DNA of 64,000 nucleotides from Clostridiales bacterium (GTDB taxonomy: Bacteria > Bacillota > Clostridia > Oscillospirales > Oscillospiraceae). How positions within the stretch are numbered: the stretch's first letter is position 1; each line of letters opens with the position of its first letter. The notes beneath the pieces were generated by a model that saw nothing but the letters and a program-made list of their open reading frames with translations, was not told the origin of the DNA and did not search any database. The stretch is taken from contig JAAVHT010000023.1 in assembly GCA_014799565.1 (NCBI GenBank), forward strand, positions 43,561 to 107,560, read 5' to 3'. Made by a program: the position numbers and the translations under genes. Below, piece after piece: positions 41,636 through 50,825 of the stretch.

Positions 41636-42253
41636 ATGACTGAGACAGAAAAAATGCTGGCGGGGAAGCTGTACGATCCCTCTGACCCGGGGCTTGCCCA
41701 GCGGCGGGAGGCGGCCCACAAGCTGTCCAAGCAGTACAACGACACCACCGAGGACGAGGAGGAGAAGCGGGAGGACATTCTGCGCCGGCTCCTGCCCAGC
41801 ATGGGGGAGGGAGCTTACTTGCAGGGCCCCATCCAGTTCGATTACGGCATTTACACCACCATCGGGGAGAAGAGCTACGCCAACTTCAACTTCACCGTGC
41901 TGGACTGCTGTCCGGTGACCATCGGGAACAACGTGTTTTTCGGGCCCAACTGCTCCATCATGACCCCCATGCACCCCCTCCTGCCGTCGGAGCGGAACCT
42001 GCGCCGCCGGGAGAACGGCCAGCTGTATGACCTGGAATACGCCAAGCCCATCACCATCGAGGACGACTGCTGGATCGCCGCCAACGTGGTGGTGTGCGGC
42101 GGCGTCACCATCGGCCGGGGGTGCGTCATCGGCGCGGGCAGCGTGGTGACAAGGGATATCCCCGCCGGGTCGCTGGCGGCGGGCAACCCCTGCCGGGTCA
42201 TCCGGCCCATCACCCAGGCGGACAGCGTGGAACTGAAACCGGAACTGCTTTGA
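41636..42253 (+). CDS. Maltose/galactoside O-acetyltransferase family protein
   Basis: EKMLAGKLY, DYG, hexapeptide repeats, GAGSVVTRDIP, GNPCRVIR. Confidence 0.9.
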   Translation: MTETEKMLAGKLYDPSDPGLAQRREAAHKLSKQYNDTTEDEEEKREDILRRLLPSMGEGAYLQGPIQFDYGIYTTIGEKSYANFNFTVLDCCPVTIGNNVFFGPNCSIMTPMHPLLPSERNLRRRENGQLYDLEYAKPITIEDDCWIAANVVVCGGVTIGRGCVIGAGSVVTRDIPAGSLAAGNPCRVIRPITQADSVELKPELL

Positions 42254-42265
42254 GGAGTGACACCC

Positions 42266-44137
42266 ATGCCCCGTTATGACGCCGGACAATTTGATATCGC
42301 CGTCATCGGCGCGGGCCACGCCGGCATAGAAGCCGCCCTGGCCTCCGCCCGGATGGGGCTGAAAACCGTGTGTTTCACCATCAACCTGGACGCGGTGGGC
42401 AATATGCCCTGCAACCCCGCCGTGGGCGGCACCGGCAAGGGCCACCTGGTGCGGGAGATCGACGCCCTGGGGGGCGAGATGGCGAAGGCCGCCGACCAAG
42501 CCTGCATCCAGTATCGGATGCTCAACCGGGGCAAGGGCCCGGCGGTGTGGTCCCTCCGGGCCCAGGCCGACCGCCGCCGCTACCAGGAGGTCATGAAGCA
42601 CACCCTGGAATTGCAGGAGAATCTGTGGGTGAAGCAGGCGGAGGTGACGGAAATCCTCACCGAGAAGGGCGGGGTGTCCGGCGTGGTCACCGCCACCGGG
42701 GCCACCTATGCGGTCAAAGCGGCGGTGATCGCCACCGGCACCTATCTGGGGGGGCGTACCATCGTGGGCGAGGTCACCCGGGATTCCGGGCCGGATGGCA
42801 TGGCGGCGGCTTTGCCGCTGACAGAGTGCCTCACAAAGCTGGGCCTGTCCATCCGCCGCTTCAAGACAGGCACCCCCCCAAGGGTGAACCGCCGCAGTGT
42901 GGACTTCTCCAAAATGGAGGTTCAGCCAGGGGATGACGTGCCTGTGCCGTTCTCCTTTACTACAAACGCGCCCCCGGACAACCGGGCGGTGTGTTATCTG
43001 ACCTATACCAATGAGAATACCCATCAGGTCATTCGGGACAACCTCCACCGCTCCCCCCTGTTCTCCGGGGTGATCGAGGGAGTGGGGCCAAGGTACTGCC
43101 CTTCCATCGAGGACAAGGTGGTGCGCTTCGCCGAAAAGCCCCGGCACCAGCTGTTCATCGAGCCCATGGGGCTGAACACCGAGGAGCTGTACATCCAGGG
43201 GTTCTCCTCCTCCCTACCCGAGGAGGTGCAGGTGGAAATGCTCCACACCATCCCCGGACTGGAGCGGGCCGAAATGACCCGGTGCGCCTACGCCATCGAG
43301 TACGACTGCGTAGATCCCACCGAGCTTCTGCCCACCCTGGAGTGCAAAAAAGTCCCCGGTCTGTACGGCGCGGGGCAGTTCAACGGCTCCTCCGGCTACG
43401 AGGAGGCCGCCGCCCAGGGGCTGGTGGCCGGCATCAACGCCGCGCTGAAGGTGAAGGGCGAGCCGCCGCTGATCCTCACCCGGGGGGATGGCTACACCGG
43501 GGTGCTGATTGACGACCTGGTGACCAAGGGCACCAACGAGCCCTACCGCATGATGACCTCCCGGACGGAGTACCGGCTCATCCACCGGCAGGACAACGCA
43601 GACCGGCGGCTGGCCGCCTACGGCCACCGGGTGGGCCTGGTGAGCGGGGAGCGGCTGGCCCAGGTAGAGGAGAAATATGCCGCTGTGGAGCGGGAGATCA
43701 AGCGCTTAGAGCACACCGGGGTGGCGCCCTCAACCGAGCTGGACAAGCTGCTGGCGGACAAGGGCGAGCCCTCCTGCCCCCATGGGGCACGGCTGGTTGA
43801 TCTGCTCCGGCGGCCCCGGCTGAGTTATGAGGATTTGGCGGCTTTTGACCTGGAACGGCCCGGACTTTCCCGGGAAATCGCCGAGCAGGTGGAAATTTCC
43901 GTGAAGTACCAGGGCTACATTGACCGCCAGAACCGGCAGGTGGAGGAAATGCGGAAGCTGGAGGACAGGCCCCTGCCCCCCGATGTGGACTATCTGGGTA
44001 TTCAGGGGCTGCGCCTGGAGGCAAGGCAGAAGCTGGACAAGATCCGCCCGCTGAACCTGGGGCAGGCTAGCCGGGTGTCCGGGGTGTCCCCGGCGGATGT
44101 GACAGCGCTGATGGTTTATTTAGAAGCGCGACGATAG
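42266..44137 (+). CDS. mnmG: tRNA U34 modification enzyme MnmG (GidA)
   Basis: [42 protein letters not shown]. Confidence 0.97.
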   Translation: MPRYDAGQFDIAVIGAGHAGIEAALASARMGLKTVCFTINLDAVGNMPCNPAVGGTGKGHLVREIDALGGEMAKAADQACIQYRMLNRGKGPAVWSLRAQADRRRYQEVMKHTLELQENLWVKQAEVTEILTEKGGVSGVVTATGATYAVKAAVIATGTYLGGRTIVGEVTRDSGPDGMAAALPLTECLTKLGLSIRRFKTGTPPRVNRRSVDFSKMEVQPGDDVPVPFSFTTNAPPDNRAVCYLTYTNENTHQVIRDNLHRSPLFSGVIEGVGPRYCPSIEDKVVRFAEKPRHQLFIEPMGLNTEELYIQGFSSSLPEEVQVEMLHTIPGLERAEMTRCAYAIEYDCVDPTELLPTLECKKVPGLYGAGQFNGSSGYEEAAAQGLVAGINAALKVKGEPPLILTRGDGYTGVLIDDLVTKGTNEPYRMMTSRTEYRLIHRQDNADRRLAAYGHRVGLVSGERLAQVEEKYAAVEREIKRLEHTGVAPSTELDKLLADKGEPSCPHGARLVDLLRRPRLSYEDLAAFDLERPGLSREIAEQVEISVKYQGYIDRQNRQVEEMRKLEDRPLPPDVDYLGIQGLRLEARQKLDKIRPLNLGQASRVSGVSPADVTALMVYLEARR

Positions 44138-44178
44138 CCGCGCGGCCAATGGTCGCGTGACAGCTTGGAGAGGACGAG

Positions 44179-44622
44179 ATGATTTTAAAAGCGGATGGAG
44201 AAAATCTGGCCCACGCCGCCGCCTTGGCCTGTGAGCTGTGGCCTCACAACACGCAGGACGGGCTGCTGGCAGAGCTGGAAGCGCTGTCCCGGGCGGAGGG
44301 TGCGGTCTTTCTCGCCGTGGAGGACGGCGTTCCGGCGGGCTTTGCCCAGTGCCAGCTCCGGCACGACTATGTGGAGGGGACGGAGAGCAGTCCGGTGGGT
44401 TATCTAGAGGGCATTTATGTCCGGGAGGAATACCGGGGCCGGGGGCTGGCAAAAGCCCTGCTGTCCGCTTGCGAGGGCTGGGCAGGGGAACATGGGTGCA
44501 CAGAATTTGCCAGCGACTGTGAGCTGGATAACGGGGGAAGCATCGCATTCCACCTGGGCGCGGGATTTACCGAGGCCAACCGGATCGTCTGCTTTACAAA
44601 AAGATTGGGAGAGGAAGCATAA
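44179..44622 (+). CDS. AAC(6')-I-like GNAT acetyltransferase
   Basis: LRHDYVEGTESSPVGYLEGIYV, EFASDCELDN, SIAFH...GF; signature of the AAC(6')-Ic/Iy-type family. Confidence 0.8.
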   Translation: MILKADGENLAHAAALACELWPHNTQDGLLAELEALSRAEGAVFLAVEDGVPAGFAQCQLRHDYVEGTESSPVGYLEGIYVREEYRGRGLAKALLSACEGWAGEHGCTEFASDCELDNGGSIAFHLGAGFTEANRIVCFTKRLGEEA

Positions 44623-44625
44623 GAG

Positions 44626-45957
44626 ATGAAATTGTTTTTGGCCGTTGTGGTATGTAAAGTCCTGCGGTTCATCGGCGGGCTCATCGGCAAGGGCAGCTCC
44701 CTGCCGGGGCAGTTCGCGCTGAAGGTGTGCCCCGATGTGCTGGGGAGGGTGAAGCTGCCCGAACACATCATCGCCGTCACCGGCTCCAACGGCAAGACCT
44801 CCACCGTGGAGATGATCGCCGCCATTTTGTCCGCGTCCGGCCAAAAGGTGGTTTACAACAAGGAGGGCTCCAACCAGATTGAGGGTGTGACCACCCTGAT
44901 TTTGTCCAACTGCTCCCTGGGGGGCAAAATGCGCGGCGACGTGCTGCTGCTGGAGAGCGACGAGCGGTACGCCAAGTACACGTTCAAGTTCTTCCACCCC
45001 ACCCACTTCGTCATCACCAACCTGTACCGGGATCAGCTCACCCGCAACGGCCACCCCGAGTGGGTGTACGACGCCATCAAGGCCGCTATCTTCCCCGAGA
45101 CCACCCTGGTGCTCAACGCCGACGACCCGCTGGTGTCCTGCTTCGCCCGTGACCACGACCCGGACAAGGTGAAGTGGTTCGGGCTGGACGAGTGCGGTAT
45201 CAGCACCAAGGAGCATCGGGGCGTGTACCACGACGGGGCGCGCTGCCCGGTGTGTAAGGGCCGGATGGAGTACTCCTGCTATCACTACGCCCACATCGGG
45301 CACTATTCCTGCCCCTCCTGCGGCCACCAGCGGCATGACACGGATTTCGCCGTCACCGCCCTGGATTTAAAGGAGGGCAAGCTCACCATCAACGGGGAAA
45401 CCGAAATTTCCCTGGCCTTCAAGAGCATCTACAACGTGTACAACATTCTGGCGGCGTGGTCGGTGTGCGCCCTGGCGGGGGCGGACAAGGGGGCTATGGC
45501 CGGGGTCATCAACAACTATATGTTAAAAAACGGGCGGATGATCACCTTCCGTTTGGGAAACCACCGGGGCACCCTGCTGACCTCCAAGCACGAAAATTCC
45601 ATTGCCTACGACACCAACCTGGCCTACATCGCCGCCACGGACAAGCCCTGCACGGTGCTGGTCATCGTGGACGCCATCAGCCGGAAGTATTTTACGGGCG
45701 AGACCAGCTGGCTGTGGGATATTGACTTCGACCGGCTGGGTTGTGAGCACGTCCAAAAGGTGATGCTGTACGGCAAGTACTGCAACGACCTGGCGGTGCG
45801 GTTCAAGTACAGCCACATCCCGGCGGACAAGATCGAGGTGGGCGAGAGCATTGCCACAGCGGCGGAATATCTGAGAGCCAATGGGGACGAGGACGTCTAT
45901 GTCATCACCTGCTTCTCCGACCGGGACAAGCTGCTAACTCATGTAGAGCGGGATTGA
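44626..45957 (+). CDS. murT: MurT-like Mur ligase (lipid II amidation subunit)
   Basis: GSSLPG, VTGSNGKTST, TNLYRDQL, NADDP, CPVC...CPSC Zn ribbon, SWLWDIDF. Confidence 0.85.
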   Translation: MKLFLAVVVCKVLRFIGGLIGKGSSLPGQFALKVCPDVLGRVKLPEHIIAVTGSNGKTSTVEMIAAILSASGQKVVYNKEGSNQIEGVTTLILSNCSLGGKMRGDVLLLESDERYAKYTFKFFHPTHFVITNLYRDQLTRNGHPEWVYDAIKAAIFPETTLVLNADDPLVSCFARDHDPDKVKWFGLDECGISTKEHRGVYHDGARCPVCKGRMEYSCYHYAHIGHYSCPSCGHQRHDTDFAVTALDLKEGKLTINGETEISLAFKSIYNVYNILAAWSVCALAGADKGAMAGVINNYMLKNGRMITFRLGNHRGTLLTSKHENSIAYDTNLAYIAATDKPCTVLVIVDAISRKYFTGETSWLWDIDFDRLGCEHVQKVMLYGKYCNDLAVRFKYSHIPADKIEVGESIATAAEYLRANGDEDVYVITCFSDRDKLLTHVERD

Positions 45958-45970
45958 GGAGGGAAACACC

Positions 45971-46696
45971 ATGGAACTGACCATTTTACACCTTTATCCC
46001 GACTGTATGTCCCTGTATGGGGAGTACGCCAACGTCATGGTGCTCCGCCGCCACCTGGAGGCCATGGGGGTGGCTGTGACGGTGGAGACCGCTCTGTTTG
46101 AGGATACTCCGGGGTTTGAACACGCCGACTTCATCTACATGGGCGCGGGCACCGAGCATACCCAGAAGGCGGCGTTGACCGCCCTGCTCCCCCATAAGGA
46201 TGCGCTGAAGGCCGCCATCGACCGGGGGGCGGTGGTGCTGTTCACCGGCAATGCTATGGAAATGCTGGGCAGGGACATCACCGACGCCGCAGGCAAGCGG
46301 TGGCCCGGCCTGGGCTTCGCGGAGTTCACCACCCAGGAGTACGACCAGCGGCATCCGTGTGACGTGGTGGCTTACACCGACCTGTGGGAGGACGCCGTGG
46401 TGGGCTTCATGAACAAGTGCTCGGAGACGAAGGGCGTGGCAACGCCCCTGTTCACTCAGTTGACCGAGGGTTTCGGCAACGAAGAGAACTTTGCGCCGGA
46501 GGGCTATGTGTCCGGCAACGTGTTCGCCACCCATCTCACGGGCCCGGTGCTGGTGAAGGCCCCGGACTTTACCGATTTCCTCATCCGCCGCATTTTTGCC
46601 GCCAAGGAGTGGGAGCTGCCGGTCGCCCTGCCCGTCCTGCCCTACGAGCGGGAGGCGTATGAGGTCACCGTGAGGGAATTGACGGGACGCAACTGA
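45971..46696 (+). CDS. gatD: GatD/CobQ-like glutamine amidotransferase with a degenerate active site
   Basis: HLYPDCMSLYGE, GFGN...EG, GPVLVKAP; follows murT; canonical CGG and LHGP motifs replaced. Confidence 0.75.
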   Translation: MELTILHLYPDCMSLYGEYANVMVLRRHLEAMGVAVTVETALFEDTPGFEHADFIYMGAGTEHTQKAALTALLPHKDALKAAIDRGAVVLFTGNAMEMLGRDITDAAGKRWPGLGFAEFTTQEYDQRHPCDVVAYTDLWEDAVVGFMNKCSETKGVATPLFTQLTEGFGNEENFAPEGYVSGNVFATHLTGPVLVKAPDFTDFLIRRIFAAKEWELPVALPVLPYEREAYEVTVRELTGRN

Positions 46697-46798
46697 AAAG
46701 TTACATTCCGAAACCGCAAAACGCTGGTCAAACGGGCCGCTTCTGATATGCTGGGACCATCAAGGGGAGCGCGGCTCCCTGTTCGATGAGGTGATCAT

Positions 46799-47290
46799 AT
46801 GAGCTTAGGAAACAAGCTGGCCGAGGCCCGGAAAAGGCAGAACCTGACCCAGGAGCAGCTGGCCGAGCGCCTTGGCGTGACCCGGCAGGCGGTGAGCCGC
46901 TGGGAGTCGGACGCGGCTTACCCGGAGACGGACAAGATCGTGCGCATGGCGCAGATCTTGGAGGTCAGCTGCGACTACCTCCTCCAGGACGGCGTGGACG
47001 AGAAGGGGAAGCCTGTGGCGTCCCCCGTGACCCGGCTGTTGAAGCAGGCCCAGGGGAAGCGGGTGAAGCTGACCTTTTATGAGAGTGACGGAATGCCCGT
47101 GGCCCATGACTGGTGTGTCATCCAAGATTTTGACGGCGGCTGGGCCAACGTGGAAGTGGTGCGAAACCAGAAAAAGCCGGAGAAAAACGAGGTGCGGCTC
47201 ATCCCCCTGTCCGCCATCAGCACCATCACCTTCCTCAAGGATGGGGAAGCGGTGCGCCACTCCGTCATCAACATCGTTGACGGGTTTTAA
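46799..47290 (+). CDS. XRE HTH regulator with a C-terminal Sm/Hfq-like domain
   Basis: LTQEQLAERLGVTRQAVSRWE...VSCDYLL; the C-terminus aligns by eye with Hfq. Confidence 0.8.
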   Translation: MSLGNKLAEARKRQNLTQEQLAERLGVTRQAVSRWESDAAYPETDKIVRMAQILEVSCDYLLQDGVDEKGKPVASPVTRLLKQAQGKRVKLTFYESDGMPVAHDWCVIQDFDGGWANVEVVRNQKKPEKNEVRLIPLSAISTITFLKDGEAVRHSVINIVDGF

Positions 47291-47302
47291 GGGGGCGGAG
47301 AT

Positions 47303-47617
47303 ATGGAATACTTCGGGATATTTTCCTTCGTTATGGTTCTCGTCCTGATGGGCAGAGTGCACCGCCTGGAACGCGTCCTGCGGGAAAACGGCATTGGCTC
47401 TGTCCGGGCGGCGGGCCTGGGGGATCAGCTTCGCCGCCAGGTGGGCCAGACTGTGGAGCTGACCCTGGAGACCTCCGACGGGGATATTATGGGCAAGACG
47501 TGCCGGATCCTGGACACCGACGAGACCTGGGCGCTGGTGCTGGCCAACGAGGGCAAGAAAAACGAGTGCGAGAAGCTGATCCGGCTGGACAGCGTCAAGC
47601 AAATCAAAGTAAAATGA
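47303..47617 (+). CDS. Small membrane-anchored protein with an Sm-like domain
   Basis: N-terminal hydrophobic helix; C-terminal beta pattern similar to the preceding gene's C-terminus. Confidence 0.65.
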   Translation: MEYFGIFSFVMVLVLMGRVHRLERVLRENGIGSVRAAGLGDQLRRQVGQTVELTLETSDGDIMGKTCRILDTDETWALVLANEGKKNECEKLIRLDSVKQIKVK

Positions 47618-47621
47618 GGTA

Positions 47622-48296
47622 ATGATGGACATCTCCCTCCACTACATCAAAAAGGGGGCGGGCGCGCCCCTGCTCCTGCTCCACGGCAACGGGGAGAGCG
47701 GGGACTACTTTGTCCACCAGGTGGACGAATTTGCCCAACAGTTCACCGTGTACACTGTGGATACCCGTGGGCACGGGCGGTCCCCACGGGGGACGGCGCC
47801 CTTTACCATCTCCCAGTTTGCGGACGACCTGTTGGGCTTTATGGACGAACACGGCATTGACAAGGCCGATATCCTGGGTTTCAGCGACGGGGGCAACATC
47901 GCCCTCACCTTCGCCCTATGCCACTCTGAACGAGTGGGCAAGCTGGTGCTCAACGGGGCCAATCTGGATCCGTCTGGGGTGAAGCCCGCCGTACAGATCC
48001 CCATCGTGCTGGGCTACAGACTGGCCTCCCTGTTCAAAGCCCCCAAGGCCCGTGCCAACGCCGAGCTGCTGGGGCTGATGGTGAACGAGCCCCACATCGA
48101 CCCGAAAGAGCTGGCGGCGCTCACCATGCCTGCGCTGGTCATTGTGGGCAGCAAGGATATGATCAAGGCGTCCCACTCCCGGCTGATTGCGGCCAGCCTG
48201 CCAAACGGGCGGCTGGTCATCATTGAGGGGGATCATTTCATCGCGAACAAGCGGCCAGAGCCATTTAACCGGGCGGTTTTAGAATTTTTGAAATAG
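47622..48296 (+). CDS. Alpha/beta hydrolase
   Basis: LLHGNG, DTRGHGRS, GFSDGG nucleophile elbow, D...H. Confidence 0.92.
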   Translation: MMDISLHYIKKGAGAPLLLLHGNGESGDYFVHQVDEFAQQFTVYTVDTRGHGRSPRGTAPFTISQFADDLLGFMDEHGIDKADILGFSDGGNIALTFALCHSERVGKLVLNGANLDPSGVKPAVQIPIVLGYRLASLFKAPKARANAELLGLMVNEPHIDPKELAALTMPALVIVGSKDMIKASHSRLIAASLPNGRLVIIEGDHFIANKRPEPFNRAVLEFLK

Positions 48297-48310
48297 CGAT
48301 GCAGGAGTCC

Positions 48311-48402
48311 GGGAAGGTTGGGCAGTCCGTCGCTGAGCAGCTGTCAAGGCTACGGGGCGCTGGAGACAGCTGCTTTCCGCTTGTGGACTGTCCAACCTTC
48401 CC
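48311..48402. repeat. Hairpin element, copy 1 (upstream of prmA)
   Basis: 18-bp terminal inverted repeat gggaaggttgggcagtcc / ggactgtccaaccttccc; inner agcagctgtc/gacagctgct. Confidence 0.65.
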
Positions 48403-48422
48403 TGTACGAAAGGAGTGTGTTT

Positions 48423-49364
48423 ATGGACAGCATTTGGTTAGAGGTCACCCTCCCCGTCCCGGCGGAAAAGCTGGACCGGGTGTGTGACACCCTCACCGCC
48501 AACGGCATGACGGGACTGGTGGTGGAGGAAGAGGGGGATTTCCTCCAGTTTTTGGAGCAGAACCGGCAGTATTGGGATTATGTGGACGAGGGGCTGGCCC
48601 AGCGTATGCGGGGGGCCAGCAGGGTGAAGTTCTACGTCCCGGACAACGACGAGGGGCAAAAACAGCTCCGCCAATACCTGGCGGGGCTGGAGGAGTATGA
48701 GCCCCAGACCGTCTCCCTTCGGGAGGAGGACTGGGCCACCTCCTGGCAGAAGTACTACCAGCCCATCCCGGTGGGAAAGCGGGTGTACATTGTCCCCGAC
48801 TGGATGCGGGGGGAGCCCGTGCCCGATGGGCGCACGCCGCTGTACCTCAACCCCGGCCTGACCTTCGGCACCGGGGCTCACCCCACCACCCAGCTGTGCC
48901 TGGAGCTGCTGGAGGAAGTGCTCCAACCCGGCGACAAGGTGCTGGATCTGGGCTGCGGGTCGGGCATCCTGGCCATTGCGGCGCTGGCGCTGGGAGCATC
49001 CCGGGCCGTGGGGGTGGATATCGACCCCAAGGCGGCGGACGTAGCCTTTGAGAACGCCGCGCTGAACGGCGTGGGGTCGGATCGGCTGAGCGTGTACGCC
49101 GGGGACGTGCTCACCGACAAAAGGCTGGCCGGGAAGCTGGAACCGGGGCAGAACCGGGTGGTGCTGGCCAACATCGTGGCGGACGTTATCATCCCCCTGT
49201 CAACGAAGGCCGGGGAGTTCATGACCCCGGACGGCGTATTCCTCACCTCCGGCATCATCGACGGGCGGCAGGACGAGGTGAAGGCCGCTTTGGAGGCCAA
49301 TGGATTCACCATTGTGAAACACCTTGAGCGGGCGGGGTGGCACGCATACGAAGCGCGACAGTAA
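48423..49364 (+). CDS. prmA: Ribosomal protein L11 methyltransferase
   Basis: EEDWATSWQKYY, PGLTFGTGAHPTT, LDLGCGSGILAI, ANIVAD, SGII. Confidence 0.95.
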   Translation: MDSIWLEVTLPVPAEKLDRVCDTLTANGMTGLVVEEEGDFLQFLEQNRQYWDYVDEGLAQRMRGASRVKFYVPDNDEGQKQLRQYLAGLEEYEPQTVSLREEDWATSWQKYYQPIPVGKRVYIVPDWMRGEPVPDGRTPLYLNPGLTFGTGAHPTTQLCLELLEEVLQPGDKVLDLGCGSGILAIAALALGASRAVGVDIDPKAADVAFENAALNGVGSDRLSVYAGDVLTDKRLAGKLEPGQNRVVLANIVADVIIPLSTKAGEFMTPDGVFLTSGIIDGRQDEVKAALEANGFTIVKHLERAGWHAYEARQ

Positions 49365-49367
49365 GCA

Positions 49368-49512
49368 GAGGACTGCGGGCAGTCCGTCGGTGCGAGCAGC
49401 TGCTTTAGGCTACGGGGCGCTGGTCCCCGGTGGGGACCGTCCAGCGCCGACCGAGCCGAAGGCGAGACCGCTGGGCGCAGCAGCTCTCCCTCGTGGACTG
49501 TCCGCAGTTCTC
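49368..49512. repeat. Hairpin element, copy 2 (downstream of prmA)
   Basis: Terminal inverted repeat gaggactgcgggcagtcc / ggactgtccgcagttctc; shares core blocks with 48311-48402. Confidence 0.65.
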
Positions 49513-49589
49513 CAGGGGCCTGGGCCCGTTTTTTGTGAAGATTTTCCCCGGAAAGCGGTTGACAAATCCGCTTTGCGCCTATAATATAG

Positions 49590-49726
49590 ATAGCGTCCGT
49601 GGGCAGTCGGCAGACTGCCGGATCGGGGCGGCCAAAGGCCGCCGGGACAGTCGTTGGGCGAAGCCCAATGACGTCCCCGGGGGCGAAGCCCCAATGACGA
49701 TCCCCTTCCCTGGGAGCGGGCGCTAT
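49590..49726. repeat. Structured insert between promoter and Ile T-box
   Basis: Outer inverted repeat atagcgtccg/cgggcgctat; two copies of gggcgaagccc(c)aatgacg; extra hairpins. Confidence 0.55.
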
Positions 49727-49731
49727 ATCAC

Positions 49732-49984
49732 AAGGCTTTGAACAGGACGAGTAACCGATGTCTCTGCCTCTCAGAGAGCCGCCTGCATGGTGCGAGGGCG
49801 GCGGGGCGGATTCGGCGAAGATCACCTGGGAGCCGCGGATCCAACGGGCGCTTGCGCCCCAGTAGGCTTCGCCGGGGGCGCCCGTTACAGCGCGCACGAG
49901 TGCCGTACTTTGTACGGAACGGGAGTGGTACCGCAGAGGTCTTTTACGACGCCTTTGTCTCCTTTTGGGGACAAGGGCGTTTTT
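49732..49984 (+). ncRNA. Isoleucine T-box riboswitch
   Basis: AGTA, AGAGA and GGTGCGA motifs; specifier ATC (49821); T-box GAGTGGTACCGC, whose UGGU fits tRNA-Ile A73; terminator acgcctttgtctcc/ggggacaagggcgt followed by T run. Confidence 0.93.
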
Positions 49985-50009
49985 GCTTGGAACGAAAGGA
50001 GCGGATTTT

Positions 50010-50357
50010 ATGGACGTGAAGAAACGGCTTACGCTGGCCCTGGGCGGCGCGGCCATACTGGCGGCGGAATGGCTTCTCGTCCGCTTTCCCCTGTTTGGCC
50101 TGCACGGGATGACGCAGTGGCCATGGATTCTGTTCCTTACCGGGCTGATTGCGGCGGTCTTTGCCGGGGCCTTGGGCGCGAAGTGGGCAGTGCTCGGCAC
50201 ACTGGCAGGGTATTTGATCGGCTTTTTCTGCGGCGTGATTTTTAACATCCCCGGCCCCAATGGCACCACACGGGGCTGGTTCGTCTGGATGTGCGTATTT
50301 TTGGCTGGGATCCTGCTGGGGATTATCGTGTCCGTATGGAGAGGGAAAGCCCGATGA
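50010..50357 (+). CDS. Hypothetical membrane protein (4 TM)
   Basis: GAAAGGAG RBS; four hydrophobic helices. Confidence 0.7.
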   Translation: MDVKKRLTLALGGAAILAAEWLLVRFPLFGLHGMTQWPWILFLTGLIAAVFAGALGAKWAVLGTLAGYLIGFFCGVIFNIPGPNGTTRGWFVWMCVFLAGILLGIIVSVWRGKAR

Positions 50358-50791
50358 TAGACGTAATACCCGCTCAGACCCCAGAGGATTTGGATCGCTG
50401 CTTCGCCGTGCGCCACGCCGTTTTCTGTATTGAGCGCGGCGTATCCCCGTCCATCGAGCGGGACGAATGGGATACGCTGTCCCCCACCCGTACCCATTTT
50501 CTCATTCAAGAGGACACCGCAGATATCGGCGCACTTCGGTGCCGCTATACCGGGGACACGGCGGTGATACAGCGCTTCTGCGTATTGAAGGAGTACCGCG
50601 CCGGCGGGCGGGGCCGGACGGCGCTGAAAGCCGTGGAGGACTGGTGCCGGGCCGCTGGGCTCCGGCGCGTGGAACTGGACGCCAAGTTCGAGGTGCGGGG
50701 CTTCTACGAAAAGTGCGGCTACAGGTCGATCTCCGACCCCTTTGAGGAGGCGGGCATCCCCCACGTCAAGATGGCCAAGGAGCTGTTTTAA
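50354..50791 (+). CDS. GNAT acetyltransferase (ElaA/YjcF-like)
   Basis: [38 protein letters not shown]; ATGA overlap with the upstream gene. Confidence 0.85.
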   Translation: MIDVIPAQTPEDLDRCFAVRHAVFCIERGVSPSIERDEWDTLSPTRTHFLIQEDTADIGALRCRYTGDTAVIQRFCVLKEYRAGGRGRTALKAVEDWCRAAGLRRVELDAKFEVRGFYEKCGYRSISDPFEEAGIPHVKMAKELF

Positions 50792-50825
50792 CCATATTAC
50801 AAACCCAAAACAGGAGGAAATAACC

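Noticed and set aside
49650-49705. Tandem gggcgaagcccaatgacg as a possible CRISPR remnant
   Set aside because: Only two short copies, no spacer-length unique sequence and no cas genes.
50010-50791. Membrane gene plus GNAT as a tRNA-acetylating toxin-antitoxin pair
   Set aside because: The upstream protein is a membrane protein rather than an RHH antitoxin, and the GNAT has ElaA/YjcF-type motifs.
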